The notes under the pieces were generated by a model that was not told the DNA's origin, ran no database searches, and worked only from the letters and a program-made list of their open reading frames with translations. The position numbers and the translations under genes were made by a program. A DNA stretch of 64,000 bases, from positions 15,066,001 to 15,130,000 of the forward strand of contig CM069134.1 of the NCBI GenBank assembly GCA_035221665.1, written 5' to 3'. Position 1 is the stretch's first letter. Every line of letters begins with the position of its first letter. The stretch comes from Okamejei kenojei (lineage: Eukaryota). Shown here piece after piece: positions 1 through 10,859 of the stretch.

Positions 1-1770
1 GACAGCTATTTGCAGAGCCAAAAGAGATGGGGGAGATATTGAACAATTTCTTTTCTTCGGTATTCACCAAGGAGAAGGATATTGAACTCGGTGAGTTAAG
101 GGGAAAAAGTAGAGTAGCTATGGAAACTATGAGATTCAAAGAGGAGGAAGTACTGACACTTTTGAAAAATATAAAAGTGGATAAGTCTCCAGGTCCTGAC
201 AGGATATTCCCTAGGACATTGAGGAAAGTTAGTGTAGAAATAGCAGGAGCTATGACAGAAATATTTCAAATGTCATTAGAAACGGGAATAGTGCCGGAGG
301 ATTGGCGTACTGCGCATGTTGTTCCATTGTTTAAAAAGGGTTCAAAGAATAAACCTAGCAATTATAGACCTATTAGTTTGACGTCAGTGGTGGGCAAATT
401 AATGGAAAGGATACTTAGAGATAATATATATAAGCATCTGGATAAACAGGGTCTGATCAGGAACAGTCAACATGGATTTGTGCCTGGAAGGTCATGTTTG
501 ACAAACCTTCTTGAATTTTTTTGAAGCGGTAACTAGGGAAATTGATGAGGGTAAAGCAGTGGATGTTGTCTATATGGATTTCAGTAAGGCCTTTGACAAG
601 GTTCCCCATGGAAGGTTGGTTAAGAAGGTTCAATCTTTGGGTGTTAATGGCGGAGTAGCAAGATGGATTCAACAGTGGCTGAATGGGAGATGTCAGAGAG
701 TAATGGTGGATGGCTGTTTGTCAGGTTGGAAGCCGGTGACCAGTGGGGTGCCTCAGGGATCTGTGTTGGGTCCACTGTTGTTTGTCATGTACATCAATTA
801 TCTGGATGATGGGGTGGAAAATTGGATAAGTAAGTATGCAGATGATCCTAAGATAGGTGGTGTTGTGGATAATGAAGTAGATTTTTCAAAGTCTACAGAG
901 AGATTTGGGCCATTTGGAAAAGTGGGCTGAAAGATGGCAGATGGAGTTTAATGCTGATAAGTGTGAAGTGCTACATCTTGGCAGGACAAATCAAAATAGG
1001 ACGTACATGGTAAATGGTAGGGAATTGAGGAATGCTGTGGAACAGAGGGATCTAGGAATAACTGTGCATAGTTCCCTGAAGGTGGAATCGCATGTAGATA
1101 GGGTGGTAAAGAAAGCCTTTGGTGTGCTGGCCTTTATAAATCAGAGCATTGAATATAGGAGTAGGGAAGTAATGTTAAAATTGTACAAGGCATTGGTAAG
1201 ACCAATTCTGGAGTATGGTGTACAATTTTGGTCGCCTAGTTATAGGAAGGATGTCAACAAAATAGAGAGAGTACAGAGGAGATTTACTAGAATGTTGCCA
1301 GGGTTCCAGCAACTATGTTACAGAGAATGGTTGAACAAGTTAGGTCTTTATTCTTTGGAGCGCAGAAGGTTAAGGGGGGACTTGATTGAGGTCTTTAAAA
1401 TGATGAAAGGGATAGACAGAGTTGACGTGGATACGTTTTTCCCATTGAGGGTAGGGAAGATTCAAACAAGAGGGCATGACATGAGAATTAAGGGACAGAG
1501 GTTTTGGGGTAACGTGAGGGGGAACTTCTTTACTCAGAGGGTGGTGGCTGTGTGGAATGAGCTTCCAGCAGAAGTGGTGGAGGCAGGATCGATTTTAACA
1601 TTTAAGAGTAAAGTGGATAGGTATATGGACGTGAAGGGAATGGAGGGGTATGGTCTGAGTGCAGGTAGATGGGACTAGGGGAAAACAAATGGTCGGCACG
1701 GACTGGAAGGGCCGAGAGGGCCTGTTTCCGTGCTGTAATTGTTATATGGTTATATGGTTATATGGTTATA
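1..1770 (+). mobile_element. CR1-clade LINE, 3' half of ORF2 (reverse transcriptase) plus 3' UTR and (TATATGGT)n tail; runs off the window start
   Basis: ORFs 27-524, 511-930 and 905-1678 join into CR1 RT motifs ([52 protein letters not shown]). Two +1 frameshifts lie in T runs. Tandem tail at 1741-1770. Confidence 0.95.
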
Positions 1771-1822
1771 ATGGAGAATATGGTGGTGAGCTGCCATCTT
1801 GATCCACTGCAGACCCAATGAT

Positions 1823-1959
1823 CTTCTTCTTGCCTATGGCGTGCACACCCTAAAGTTGAAGGACAACTTGTTCTATTTGATCCTGTTTGATTGTGCACGC
1901 CGGATTGATTGCATTCGTCGAAACAGGGCGGACCATGTGATGGTTGCAATCTTCCACAC
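1823..1959 (-). mobile_element. Short retroposon 3' fragment with (AAG)n tail, RTE-like
   Basis: Perfect 13-bp TSD CAGACCCAATGAT at 1810-1822 and 1960-1972; minus-strand end reads AAGAAGAAG. Clade assignment is inference. Confidence 0.6.
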
Positions 1960-2154
1960 CAGACCCAATGATATATTGCGTAGATTGTACCAGGATTGAG
2001 ACTATGAATGGGCAACGAGTCAGAAAACTGCAAGCCCATTTCAGGTGTCTTGGTAAAATACTGTCTTTATTTGTCAGGGTTCATCAGACAAGTTTTGTTT
2101 TCACTCCAGCAACTGAAAGTTTGTCTAGACCATTTTATAGAGCAGTTCCATCTA

Positions 2155-2461
2155 GTTTGGTTTAGTTTAGGGATGCAGCGCGGAAACAGGCCCTTCGGCC
2201 CACCGAGTCCACACCGACCAGCGATCCCCGCACATTAACACCATCCTACACACACTAGGGACAATTTACAGTTATACCAAGCCAATTAACCTACAAACCT
2301 GGACGTGTTTGAAGTGGGGGAGGAAACCGAAGATCTCGGAGAAAACCCACGCAGGTCACGGGGAGAATGTGCAAATTCCATATAGACACTACGTGTAGCC
2401 AGGATCACACCCGGGGCTCTGGCGCTGTAAGGCAGTATCTCTACCGCGGTGGCATCGTGCC
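2155..2461 (-). mobile_element. tRNA-derived V-SINE (HE1-like)
   Basis: Minus strand: tRNA-like head, V-domain (TTCTCCCCGTGACCTGCGTGGGTTTTCTCC...GGTTTCCTCCC), CR1-like tail GGGCCGAAGGGCCTGTTTCC and (TAAAC)n. Confidence 0.85.
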
Positions 2462-2569
2462 ACTATGTATAGTCCAGATTGGATAAAATCTGCTGTTTTT
2501 CACTCCCACAGGGGATATGTGAGCCAAATGGATATTTATGACAATTATTGATTGATGTCAGTCTTGATT

Positions 2570-3100
2570 AAGTCAGGTTGAGTTTATTGCCATATGCACA
2601 AATACAGTGAGATACAGGTAGAATAAACAATCTTGCTCACAGGCATATCAACTCGGACAAGCACGGAAAAACAAATTATATTAAATCACACATAAATTAT
2701 GCAAAACAGTGAAAATAATAAAGAATGCAAAATACAAAACTTTAGTACACAATGCAATTAGAAAACAAGTCCATGGTATGATCTGTAGTTTTATTTTGCT
2801 GAGACAAGACTAAGGTTTTGCAGGTCAGTTCAAGAACTTGATGGTGGTCGGAAAGTGCCTGTTCCTGAACCTGGTGGTGTGGGACTTTATGGTTCCCAAC
2901 AGTAGCAGGGACAGCCTGGATGGTGGGAAATCTTGATGATTGGTGCCGCTTTCTTGAACCAGCTTCTCATGTAGATGCTTTTGATAGTGTGGTGGGCTAT
3001 GCCTGGGCAGAGTCCACTATTTTTTGCAGCCTCATTCATTCCTCTGTGTTTTAATTGCATCACTTGGCCATGAAGTAACCAATCAGGATACTTACTATCG
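2570..3100 (-). mobile_element. Degraded Rex-Babar-like LINE 3' fragment
   Basis: Similar by eye to the better-preserved copies at 35555-36370 and 60505-61080 (GTTCCTGAACCTGG block, TTTATTG tail end). Confidence 0.55.
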
Positions 3101-3450
3101 TGTAGGAAGGAACTGCAGGTGCTGGTTTACCCCGAAGATAGACACAAAAACGCTGGAGTAACACAGCGGGACAGGCAGCATCTCTGGAGAGAAGGAATGG
3201 GTGACTTATTAGGTCGACACCCTTCTTCCGACTGAGAGTCAGGGAGAGGGAGAGATAGAGATATGGAAGGTTAAGGTGTGAACACAACAGATCAAAGTAG
3301 ATAATGAAAAAGGAAATGTGCAATGGTTCATTGTTAGCTGAGGGGAGGGTGACAGTGAGGCATACAATCAGTAAAATTTAATCAAGAGGACAGTGAAAAT
3401 ACACGGAGAACTAGGATGGGGGATGGATGGAGAGAGAGGGAAAGCAAGGG
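3101..3450 (-). mobile_element. Penelope-like element terminal-repeat fragment
   Basis: GTAGGAAGGAACTGCAG...GCTGGAGTAAC...GGCAGCATCTCTGGAGAGAAGGAATGGGTGAC is the reverse complement of the terminus at 35100-35230; degenerate hammerhead core. Confidence 0.75.
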
Positions 3451-3454
3451 TCAC

Positions 3455-3770
3455 AAAGTTAGTAAAGTAAAGTAAAGTATCCTTTATTGTCATTCAGACC
3501 TTTCGGTCTGAACAAAATTTTGTTACCTTGCAGTCATAACATATAATAAAAAAAACAAAACACACACAATAAACACATATTTAACATCCACCACAGTGAG
3601 TTCACCAGGAACCTCCTCACTGTGGTGGAAGGCAAAAGTCTTAAAGTCTTTGTCTTCTTCCCTCCTTGATCTCCCTCTGCCCTGAGGCGATCCAGGCCTC
3701 CGATGTTATCGTCCACTAGGCCCGCGGCCGAGCCTCCGAAGCCGGGCTGCCGCCACCGCCGTCGCTGGAA
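3455..3770 (-). mobile_element. 3' fragment of CpG-rich non-autonomous retroposon family
   Basis: Shares the 3' stem-loop module (TCCACCACAGTGAG...CTCACTGTGGTGGA), AATAAA and short tandem tail with the copies at 17066, 26245, 26971 and 29563. Confidence 0.6.
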
Positions 3771-4078
3771 TGCTGGATCATCCCCAATCAGTACCCCGTT
3801 CCTGCCTTCTCCCCATATCCCCTGACTCCGCTATTTTTAAGAGCCCTATCTAGCTCTCTCTTGAAAGCATCCAGAGAACCGGCCTCCACCGCCCTCTGAG
3901 GCAGAGAATTCCACAGGCTCGCCACTCTCTGTGAGAAAAAGTGTTTCCTCGTCTCCGTTCTAAATGGCTTACCCCTTATTCTTAAACTGTGGCCCCTGGT
4001 TCTGGACTCCCCCAACATCGGGAACATGTTTCCTGCCTCTAGCGTGTCCAAGCCCTTAACAATCTTATATGTTTCAAT
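3770..4078 (-). mobile_element. CR1 LINE 3' fragment
   Basis: ORF 3788-4117: IETYKIVKGLD...TRGHSLRI...FFSQRV.SLWNSLP...GYGEKAGTGY. Confidence 0.9.
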
Positions 4079-4660
4079 GATAAGGGAATAATGTTTATTG
4101 CAATGTAAAGGCAGCAAAGTCCGATCAAAGATTGTCTGAGGGTCATCAAAGAGGTAGAGCCGGGAAGAAACATCATTGTGATTATATCAATACGCTGGGC
4201 TCAGGACAGGTGATCCAAGATGTTAACTCCCAGGAAATTGAAGCCAATCCTCTCCACCACCGACCCACCAATGAAAATGGGCGTGTAGGAAGGAACTGCA
4301 GATGCTGGTTTACACCGAAGATAGGCACAAAATGCTGGAGTAACTCAGCGGGACAGGCAGCATCACTGGATAGAAGGAATGGGTTGAGACCCTTCTTCAG
4401 ACTGAGCGCGTGGTTTCCCAACTTTCTGAAGTCAACGATTAGATGTTTGATTTTGTTTTACATTGAGAGCAAGAGGTTGTTGTAGCTCCCTTCAACCGGG
4501 CTGCATCTCTCTCTCCTGTGTGCTGACTCAGTACCACCCGTGATTTAGCCACCAACACTTGTGTCGTCGTCAAATGTGTCAACGGCATTGGAGTTATGCC
4601 AAGGGAGTACAGCAGGGTCTCAGCACGCAGCCTTGTGGTGCAACTGCGTTGATGATCAGT
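4078..4660 (-). mobile_element. Degraded Rex-Babar-like LINE pieces with an inserted Penelope terminal repeat (about 4286-4407)
   Basis: Flanks resemble 36130-36370 and 60630-60720; the Penelope piece is flanked by GCGTG at 4281-4285 and 4408-4412. Confidence 0.55.
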
Positions 4661-6634
4661 AAGATGACAATTTTTCAGTAGATCATGACTTAAATGAAGC
4701 TTTAAAACAAATTCCAAGTTATTTTACCCAGTGTTAAATTCCACAACTGCAATGGTGGAATTTGAACACATTTTTTTCTGGTTTTTTGTTTCAGGCTTAC
4801 TGGATTACTAGTCAAGTAACGTTAACGACAGCATCACTGTCGATCTGAAATTATTCTTATTTCAGAGGGAAGGCTGCTGTATCTTTGCTTTAGAAAATGG
4901 GAAATTAGACAAAGTTAGGGTCATAAGGTCATAGATAGGAGTAGAATTAGATCATTTGGCCCATCAAGTCTACTCCGACATTCAATCATAGCTGATCTAT
5001 CTCTCCCTCCGAACCTCATTCTCCTGCCTTCTCACCATAACATTTGACAATTGAATTAATCAAAAATCTATCTATCTCTTCCCTTAAAAATATCCACTGA
5101 CTTGACCACCACAGCCTTCTGTGGCAAAGAGTTCCACAGATTCGCTACCCTCTGACTAAAGAAATGTCTCCTCATCTCCTTCCTAAAAGAACATCCTTTA
5201 ATTCTAAGGCTATGACCTCTAGTCCTTGACTCTCCCACTAGTGGAAACATCCTCCCCACATCCACACTTTCCAGGCCTTTCACTATTCTGTATGGTTTAA
5301 TGGGATCTCCCACCCCCCATTCTTCTAAACTCCAGTGAGTACAGACCCAGTGCCGACAAATGCTCATGATAGGTTAACCTACTCATTCCTTAGATCAATC
5401 TTGTAAACCTCCTCTGGACCCTCTCCAGAGCCAGCACATCCTTCCTCAGATAGAGTGCCCAAAATATTCCATATAATATTCCATATACCAGTGCTCACAA
5501 TATTCCAAATGCGTCCTTCCCAGCGCCTTATAGAGCCTCAGCATTAACATCCCTGTTTTTGTATACAAGCGCTCTTGAAATAAATGCAAGCATTGAGTTT
5601 GCTTTCTTTACTACTGATTCAACTTGCAAATTAACTTTTTGGGAATCCTGCACCAGCACTCCCAAGTCCCTTTGCACCTCCAATTTCTGGATTCTGTCCC
5701 CATTTAGAAGATAGTCTATGCTTTTATTCCTACTGTCAAAATGCATGACTCCACACTTTCCATCTGCCACTTCTCTGCCAAGTCCTTCTGCAGATTCCTT
5801 GCTTTCTCTACACTACCTGCCCTTCCACCTATTTTCGTATCATTTGCAAACGGCCACAAAGCCTTTAATCTCCTCGTCCAAATCAAATATTAATATACAA
5901 AGTGAAGAGTAGCGGCCCCAGTACCGACCCTTGTGAACGCTAGTCACTGGCAGACAACCAGAAAAAGCCCCATTTATTGCCACTCTTTGCCTTCTGCCAT
6001 CCAGCCAAACTGCGATCCATGCTAGTATCTGATATCGTGGGCTCTCATCTTCCTCACCAGCTTCACGTGAGGCACCTTATCAAACGCTTTATGAAAATCT
6101 AAGTAAACAACACCTACTGACTCTCCTTTGTCTGTCCTGCTATTTAATTCTTCAAAGAATTCCAGGTAAATATGTCAAGCCAAACCTCCCCTTCACAAAG
6201 CCATGCTGACTTCAGCCTATTTTATCGTGAACTTCTGAGAACTCTGTAACCTCATCCTTTATAATCTATACTACTAAAAGTTTCATCTTGACCACTTCCT
6301 GTTGCACTGTATATTGATTTTCGAAAAAACGCTGCCACTGACAGCTGTGATTTTTGGCCATCTTACTCAGTCCCCCTCCGCTGCGCAGGACAAGAGGATT
6401 TTTCCCATTGATGAAAAATAAAAGACTTATTAATGTTTTAAAAATGTTGAGATTCTCTCTCCTGAAGACCACGCCCCTTCCGGAGGGACTATAAAACCCA
6501 GAAGTGGTGAGTGCCTCAGTCAGTCTCTGCAAGATGGGGAAGCGAGAGGGTCATGTCTCTCAGTCTGAGCTGTGAATAACACTGATCACATGTCTACTAA
6601 AGTGTGAGTGCCCTTAATGTGGTTTGAAAATACA

Positions 6635-6890
6635 AAAGTTGCCTTTGGTTTGAGAATGCTAAAGTTGCCTTGCTTAATTAAAGTTGCCTTGCCTAATTAA
6701 AGTTGCCTTGCCTAATTAAAGTTGTCGTGTCAAATTAAAGTTGCCTTGTCAAATTAAAGTTGCCAATTTAAAGTTGCCTTGTCAAATTAAAGTTGCCGTG
6801 TCAAATTAAAGTTGCCTTGTCAAATTAAAGTTGCCAATTTAAAGTTGCCTTGTCAAATTAAAGTTGCCAAATTAAAGTTCTCTTGCCAAA
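6635..6890. repeat. Minisatellite, about 19-bp unit AATTAAAGTTGCCTTG(CCT/TCA), inside the Helitron
   Basis: More than ten directly repeated AAAGTTGCC units are visible. Confidence 0.9.
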
Positions 6891-7034
6891 TGCAACAGGT
6901 TTGTTTTGAAAATGCGCCTTTTAACTATGCCTTATTGAAAAGTGTGCAAACGTTTTTGGAAGGAAAAACCGGTGAATAAACATTTTATTCGATCAGGACT
7001 GTGTTTAATGCAAAATTGCAGCTCATTCCATGAC

Positions 7035-7137
7035 TTCCGCTTAGTGGAGAGGTGGCAATGAGTGCGTCATTTCTGCTTAGTGGAGAGGTGGTGCTGAGTG
7101 CATCATTTCCGCTTAGTGGAGAGGTGGCGCTGAGTGT
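7035..7137. repeat. About 36-bp tandem repeat x3 inside the Helitron
   Basis: TTCCGCTTAGTGGAGAGGTGG...TGAGTG repeated three times. Confidence 0.85.
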
Positions 7138-7599
7138 GGAAGGCCAAAGTGGAGACGCCACCCTGAACCATTTGAGTAATTCAAGAGAGCTTACTGCCAT
7201 GTATATGGTGAGTGTGTTTGTTGAAAGTTATTTAAAGTACGTTTTTGCTGTAGCAGCAGTTGTAGAGGAGTGTTTCAGAATATAAATGGCTTTAAACGTT
7301 TGAATCATTCAGTTTAGACACACCTGTGTTCTTATTTTCAAACTTCTTACATAGAGTATATGGTTAGTAACAGGATTCAGTATGCTTACCACGTTCTGAA
7401 GTTACTTGGCATTTTAGTTATTGGTGCTGAGAGTGTGTGAGTGTGTCTTTGTGAGTGAGTGTGTGTGTGTCTTTGTGTGTGTCTGTGTGTGCGGGAGAGC
7501 CACTAAGAGTGCATGGGGGGAGGTTGAGGGGAGATGGATTGAATGTGTGGGGGGGAGGGGAATGCCAAGGAGCAGAGTGGGGGTGATGGCAGGAGGGGT

Positions 7600-7770
7600 T
7601 ACTGAGTGAACTGCCACCACACCCAGCTGTGAGTGACTGCACTGCCAGCACACCAGCCATGAGTAAGTGAACTGCCAGCCCACCAGCTGTAAGTGATTGA
7701 AGTGCTAGCCCACCCGCCATGACTTAGTGAACTGCCAGCCCACCAGCCATGACTCACTGAGCTACCAGAC
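7600..7770. repeat. About 30-bp degenerate tandem repeat inside the Helitron
   Basis: AGTGAACTGCCAGCCCACCAGC-type unit repeated 5-6 times. Confidence 0.75.
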
Positions 7771-9364
7771 CAAGAATCCATTTGGTCCACAATTTTCATA
7801 TTAGCCCTCAGGAAATCAGTCCCTTTGGCCCACAAAACCCATGCTAGCGCTCCAGAAAGCCCCCCCACCCTCCCCCCAGCCCCCCACTGGTCAGCAATAT
7901 TGGAATTGGTGGAGAGGTGGAATATTGCGTAGGGGGACCAGCCCTCCCATGTGAACATGGGACCCAATGGGTCCCACTTAGTCCAGTGGACTCTAAAATC
8001 TTACCAATCACTGAAGTCAGATGAACCAGCCTCTAGTTCCTACTATTCTGCTTTGGTCCCTTCTTGTGGAGTGGGGATAATATTGGCAATTTTCCAATCA
8101 TCTTGGACCACTCCTGACTCTGGTGATTCTTGAAATATCACTATCAATGCCTTCCACAATCTCTAAAGCCACCTCTTTCAGAGCCCTAGCGTGCAATCCA
8201 TCTGGTCCAGGTGACATCCACCTTCAGCCCTTTCAGCGTCCCAAGCATCTTCTCGCTAATAATAGCCACACCACTAACTTCCACCTCTGACTCTCTTGAA
8301 TTTCAGGCACGTTGCTGGTGTCTTCCACTGTGAAGACTGATGTAAAAAAGTTATTCAACTCCTCTGCCATGTTTTTATTCCCCATTATCACTTCTCCTGC
8401 ATCATTCTCCAGCGGCCCAACTTCAACACTTGCTTCTTTCGTACTCTTTATGTAACGGAAGAAACTCATGCTATCCTCAATTATATTATTCGCTAGCTTA
8501 CCTTCGAATTTCATCTTTTCTCCCTTTATTGCCTTTTTAGTTACCTTCTGTTCTTTAAAATTTTCCCAATCCTCTGGCTTCCCATTAATCTTTGCTATGT
8601 CGTATGCCTTCTCTTTTAGTTTTATACTGTCCTTGACTTCTCTTGTCATCCACGGTCGCCTCTTTCTCCCCCTCGAATCTTTCTTCCTCTTTGGACTGAA
8701 AAGACCTTGCATTGTCCGAATTATTCCCAGAAATTCCTGTCATTGCTGTTCTACCGTCACCCATGCTAGGGTCCCTTTCCAGTCAACTTTGGCCAGTTCC
8801 TCCCTCATGCCTCTGTAGTCCCCTTTGCTCAGCTGCAATACTGACGCATCCAAATTCACCTTCTCCCTCTCAAATTGCAGATTAAAACTTATGTTGTGGC
8901 CGCTACCTTCTAATGGTTCCTTTACCTTGAGTTCCCTTATCAAATGCGGTTCATTGCATAACACTAAATCCAGAATTGATTAGTAATTACTTATATACTA
9001 CAATTTAGCATGGAAGTGGTGAAAGGAAATGATCAATATCTGTGGATTTGAGGCAAATAGAATAAAGATCCTCCAGACATCTGATACTGGATGATGCTTA
9101 AGACGTGATCAACTGGTTCAATACTGTTCTGCAGATAAATAAACTGGACTCATATGTTTGTGACAATTTATTATTATTCGCTCCGAACTTCTCGAACTTC
9201 CCTAACAAACAACTCAATTCTAATTAAGCTGCTACAAAAAAATAAAATAGATCGAACAAAATCAGAAAGATCACTTTGCTATGACCTAAGCTTAAAGTTA
9301 GGAAACAACTGAGGCACAACCACTCCAGCTAATTGTACAGAGAATGCAGTTGCAATCTTTTTTA

Positions 9365-9700
9365 GCACTTTCCATGAATGAATGGTTTTGGGGCATGTAA
9401 TGTAAGAAACATAGCAACCAATTTGTGTGTGGCAGGGTGATAATAATCTTTTTTTATACACGATGTTAGATAATGGATACAAAAATTGTCACGGCATTGA
9501 AGAGAATGCCTTTGCTACTCTGTAGAATAGGAGAAAAGTAGATGTGATCTTTTACAACTGACTGTCCGGGCATTTGTGATTTATGATTTAACATTTTATC
9601 CTAAGGACCACACAGCTGGCAGAGCAGTGTGCACTCACTATTAGATTATTGCATCTGGAGCTTTATTTGAATTCACAGCATTAATGTTCAGAGTGCAAGG
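9365..9700 (-). mobile_element. Highly diverged Deu-domain SINE (SacSINE1/AmnSINE1-like) relic
   Basis: Collinear blocks TGTAATGTAAGAAAC..GCAACCAATTTG, GATGTT, GAGAAT.CCTTTGCT, GATCTTTTAC, TTTAAC...ATCC resemble the reverse complement of the Deu core as I recall it; not aligned computationally. Confidence 0.55.
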
Positions 9701-10221
9701 AATGGGCAAAGTATCCTGTAATGTTGTCCTCGCTAACATAAGGGGACATGTCAAAGTTGGAAGAGCTCCACAGATGGAATGATCACACAATAGCTGAACA
9801 TTATCATGCTCACAAAAAGGTACACATCTGGCAATAGCTCATCCTCCATTGTAATCCCTGGATATGATCTAGATCCGTAGCAGGTCAGACAGTGGAGATA
9901 AAGACACAGTGGTGGTTACATGAATGTGAGTTATATGTGGTGGTTACATGAATGTGTGGTTACATGAATGTGAGTGGCCCTGGGAAATCTCAGTTTTGAC
10001 TCTGAAGCCAATGAGGTCTTGTAACCTTAGTTCAGACTAGGACAAAGTCCTATTGGCCCTCCATATTGTACTACTTTTTCCTCTACTTTTGAATCAGAAC
10101 TCCTTATTGTTGGAGACTGCAAAAAGTATGACGGGTGAAAGGACGGGCTTGAGGGGTCTTGAGGTCCACTCCTGCTCCTATGTTTCATGTTTTCCCATGC
10201 TCTAAACCTGCTGGGCCCTAC

Positions 10222-10720
10222 AATGGACAATAAGTGCAGGAGTAGGCCATTCGGCCCTTCGAGCCAGCACAGCCATTCAATGTGATCATGGCTGATCATC
10301 CCCAATCAGTACCCCGTTCCTGCCTTCTCCCCATATCCCCTGACTCCGCTATATTTAAGAGCCCTATCCAGCTCTCTCTTGAAAGTATCCAGAGAACCGG
10401 CCTCCACCGCCCTCTGAGGCAGAGAATTCCACAGACTCACCAACTCTCTGTGAGAAAAAGTGTTTCCTTGTCTCCGTTCTAAATGGCTTACCCCTTATTC
10501 TTAAACTGTGGCCCCTGGTTCTGGACTCCCCCAACATCGGGAACATGTTTTCTGCCTCCAGCATGTCCAAACCCTTAACAATCTTATATGTTTCAATAAG
10601 ATTCCCTCTCATCCTTCTAAACTCCAGAGTATACAAGCCCAGCCGCTCCATTCTCTCAGCATATGACAGTCCCGCCATCCCGGGAATTAACCTTGTAAAC
10701 CTACGCTGCACTCCCTCAAT
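10222..10720 (-). mobile_element. CR1 LINE 3' fragment (young)
   Basis: ORF 10364-10711: QRRFTRLIPGMAGLSY.ER..RLGLYTLEFRRMRG; near-identical to 3770-4078 over the shared part. Confidence 0.9.
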
Positions 10721-10859
10721 ATTGTAGATGGGTATTGCTCCGGTTACTGTTCCTACGTGGGTATTGAGGGGTGCTTAAAAATGGTCCGTGAACACCAGGA
10801 TATTTCAATTCTCTTTTCATGTGATAAAACCTGCTCCTGCAAAGCACTGTAATTTCTTG

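Larger units (their letters stand above)
6265..7986 (+). mobile_element. Non-autonomous Helitron (rolling-circle transposon), 1.72 kb
   Basis: Starts TCTATACTACTAAAA; ends with hairpin TGGGACCC-AAT-GGGTCCCA (7958-7976) then CTTAGTCCAG; inserted between A and T with no TSD. Confidence 0.8.
4920..8975 (-). mobile_element. Long degraded CR1 LINE split by a Helitron (CR1 parts about 4920-6264 and 7987-8975)
   Basis: Minus ORFs 5068-5367, 5528-5770, 8233-8712 and 8740-8964 carry CR1 ORF2 motifs (PWMT.EV, FFRYIK, AEELNNFF.SVFT.ED). The host rejoins as ...CCTTTATAA|TGGACTCT... across the insert. Confidence 0.88.

Noticed and set aside
6635-6890. Regularly spaced repeats resembling a CRISPR array
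   Set aside because: Units are head-to-tail with no unique spacers; vertebrate context with no cas genes. This is a minisatellite.
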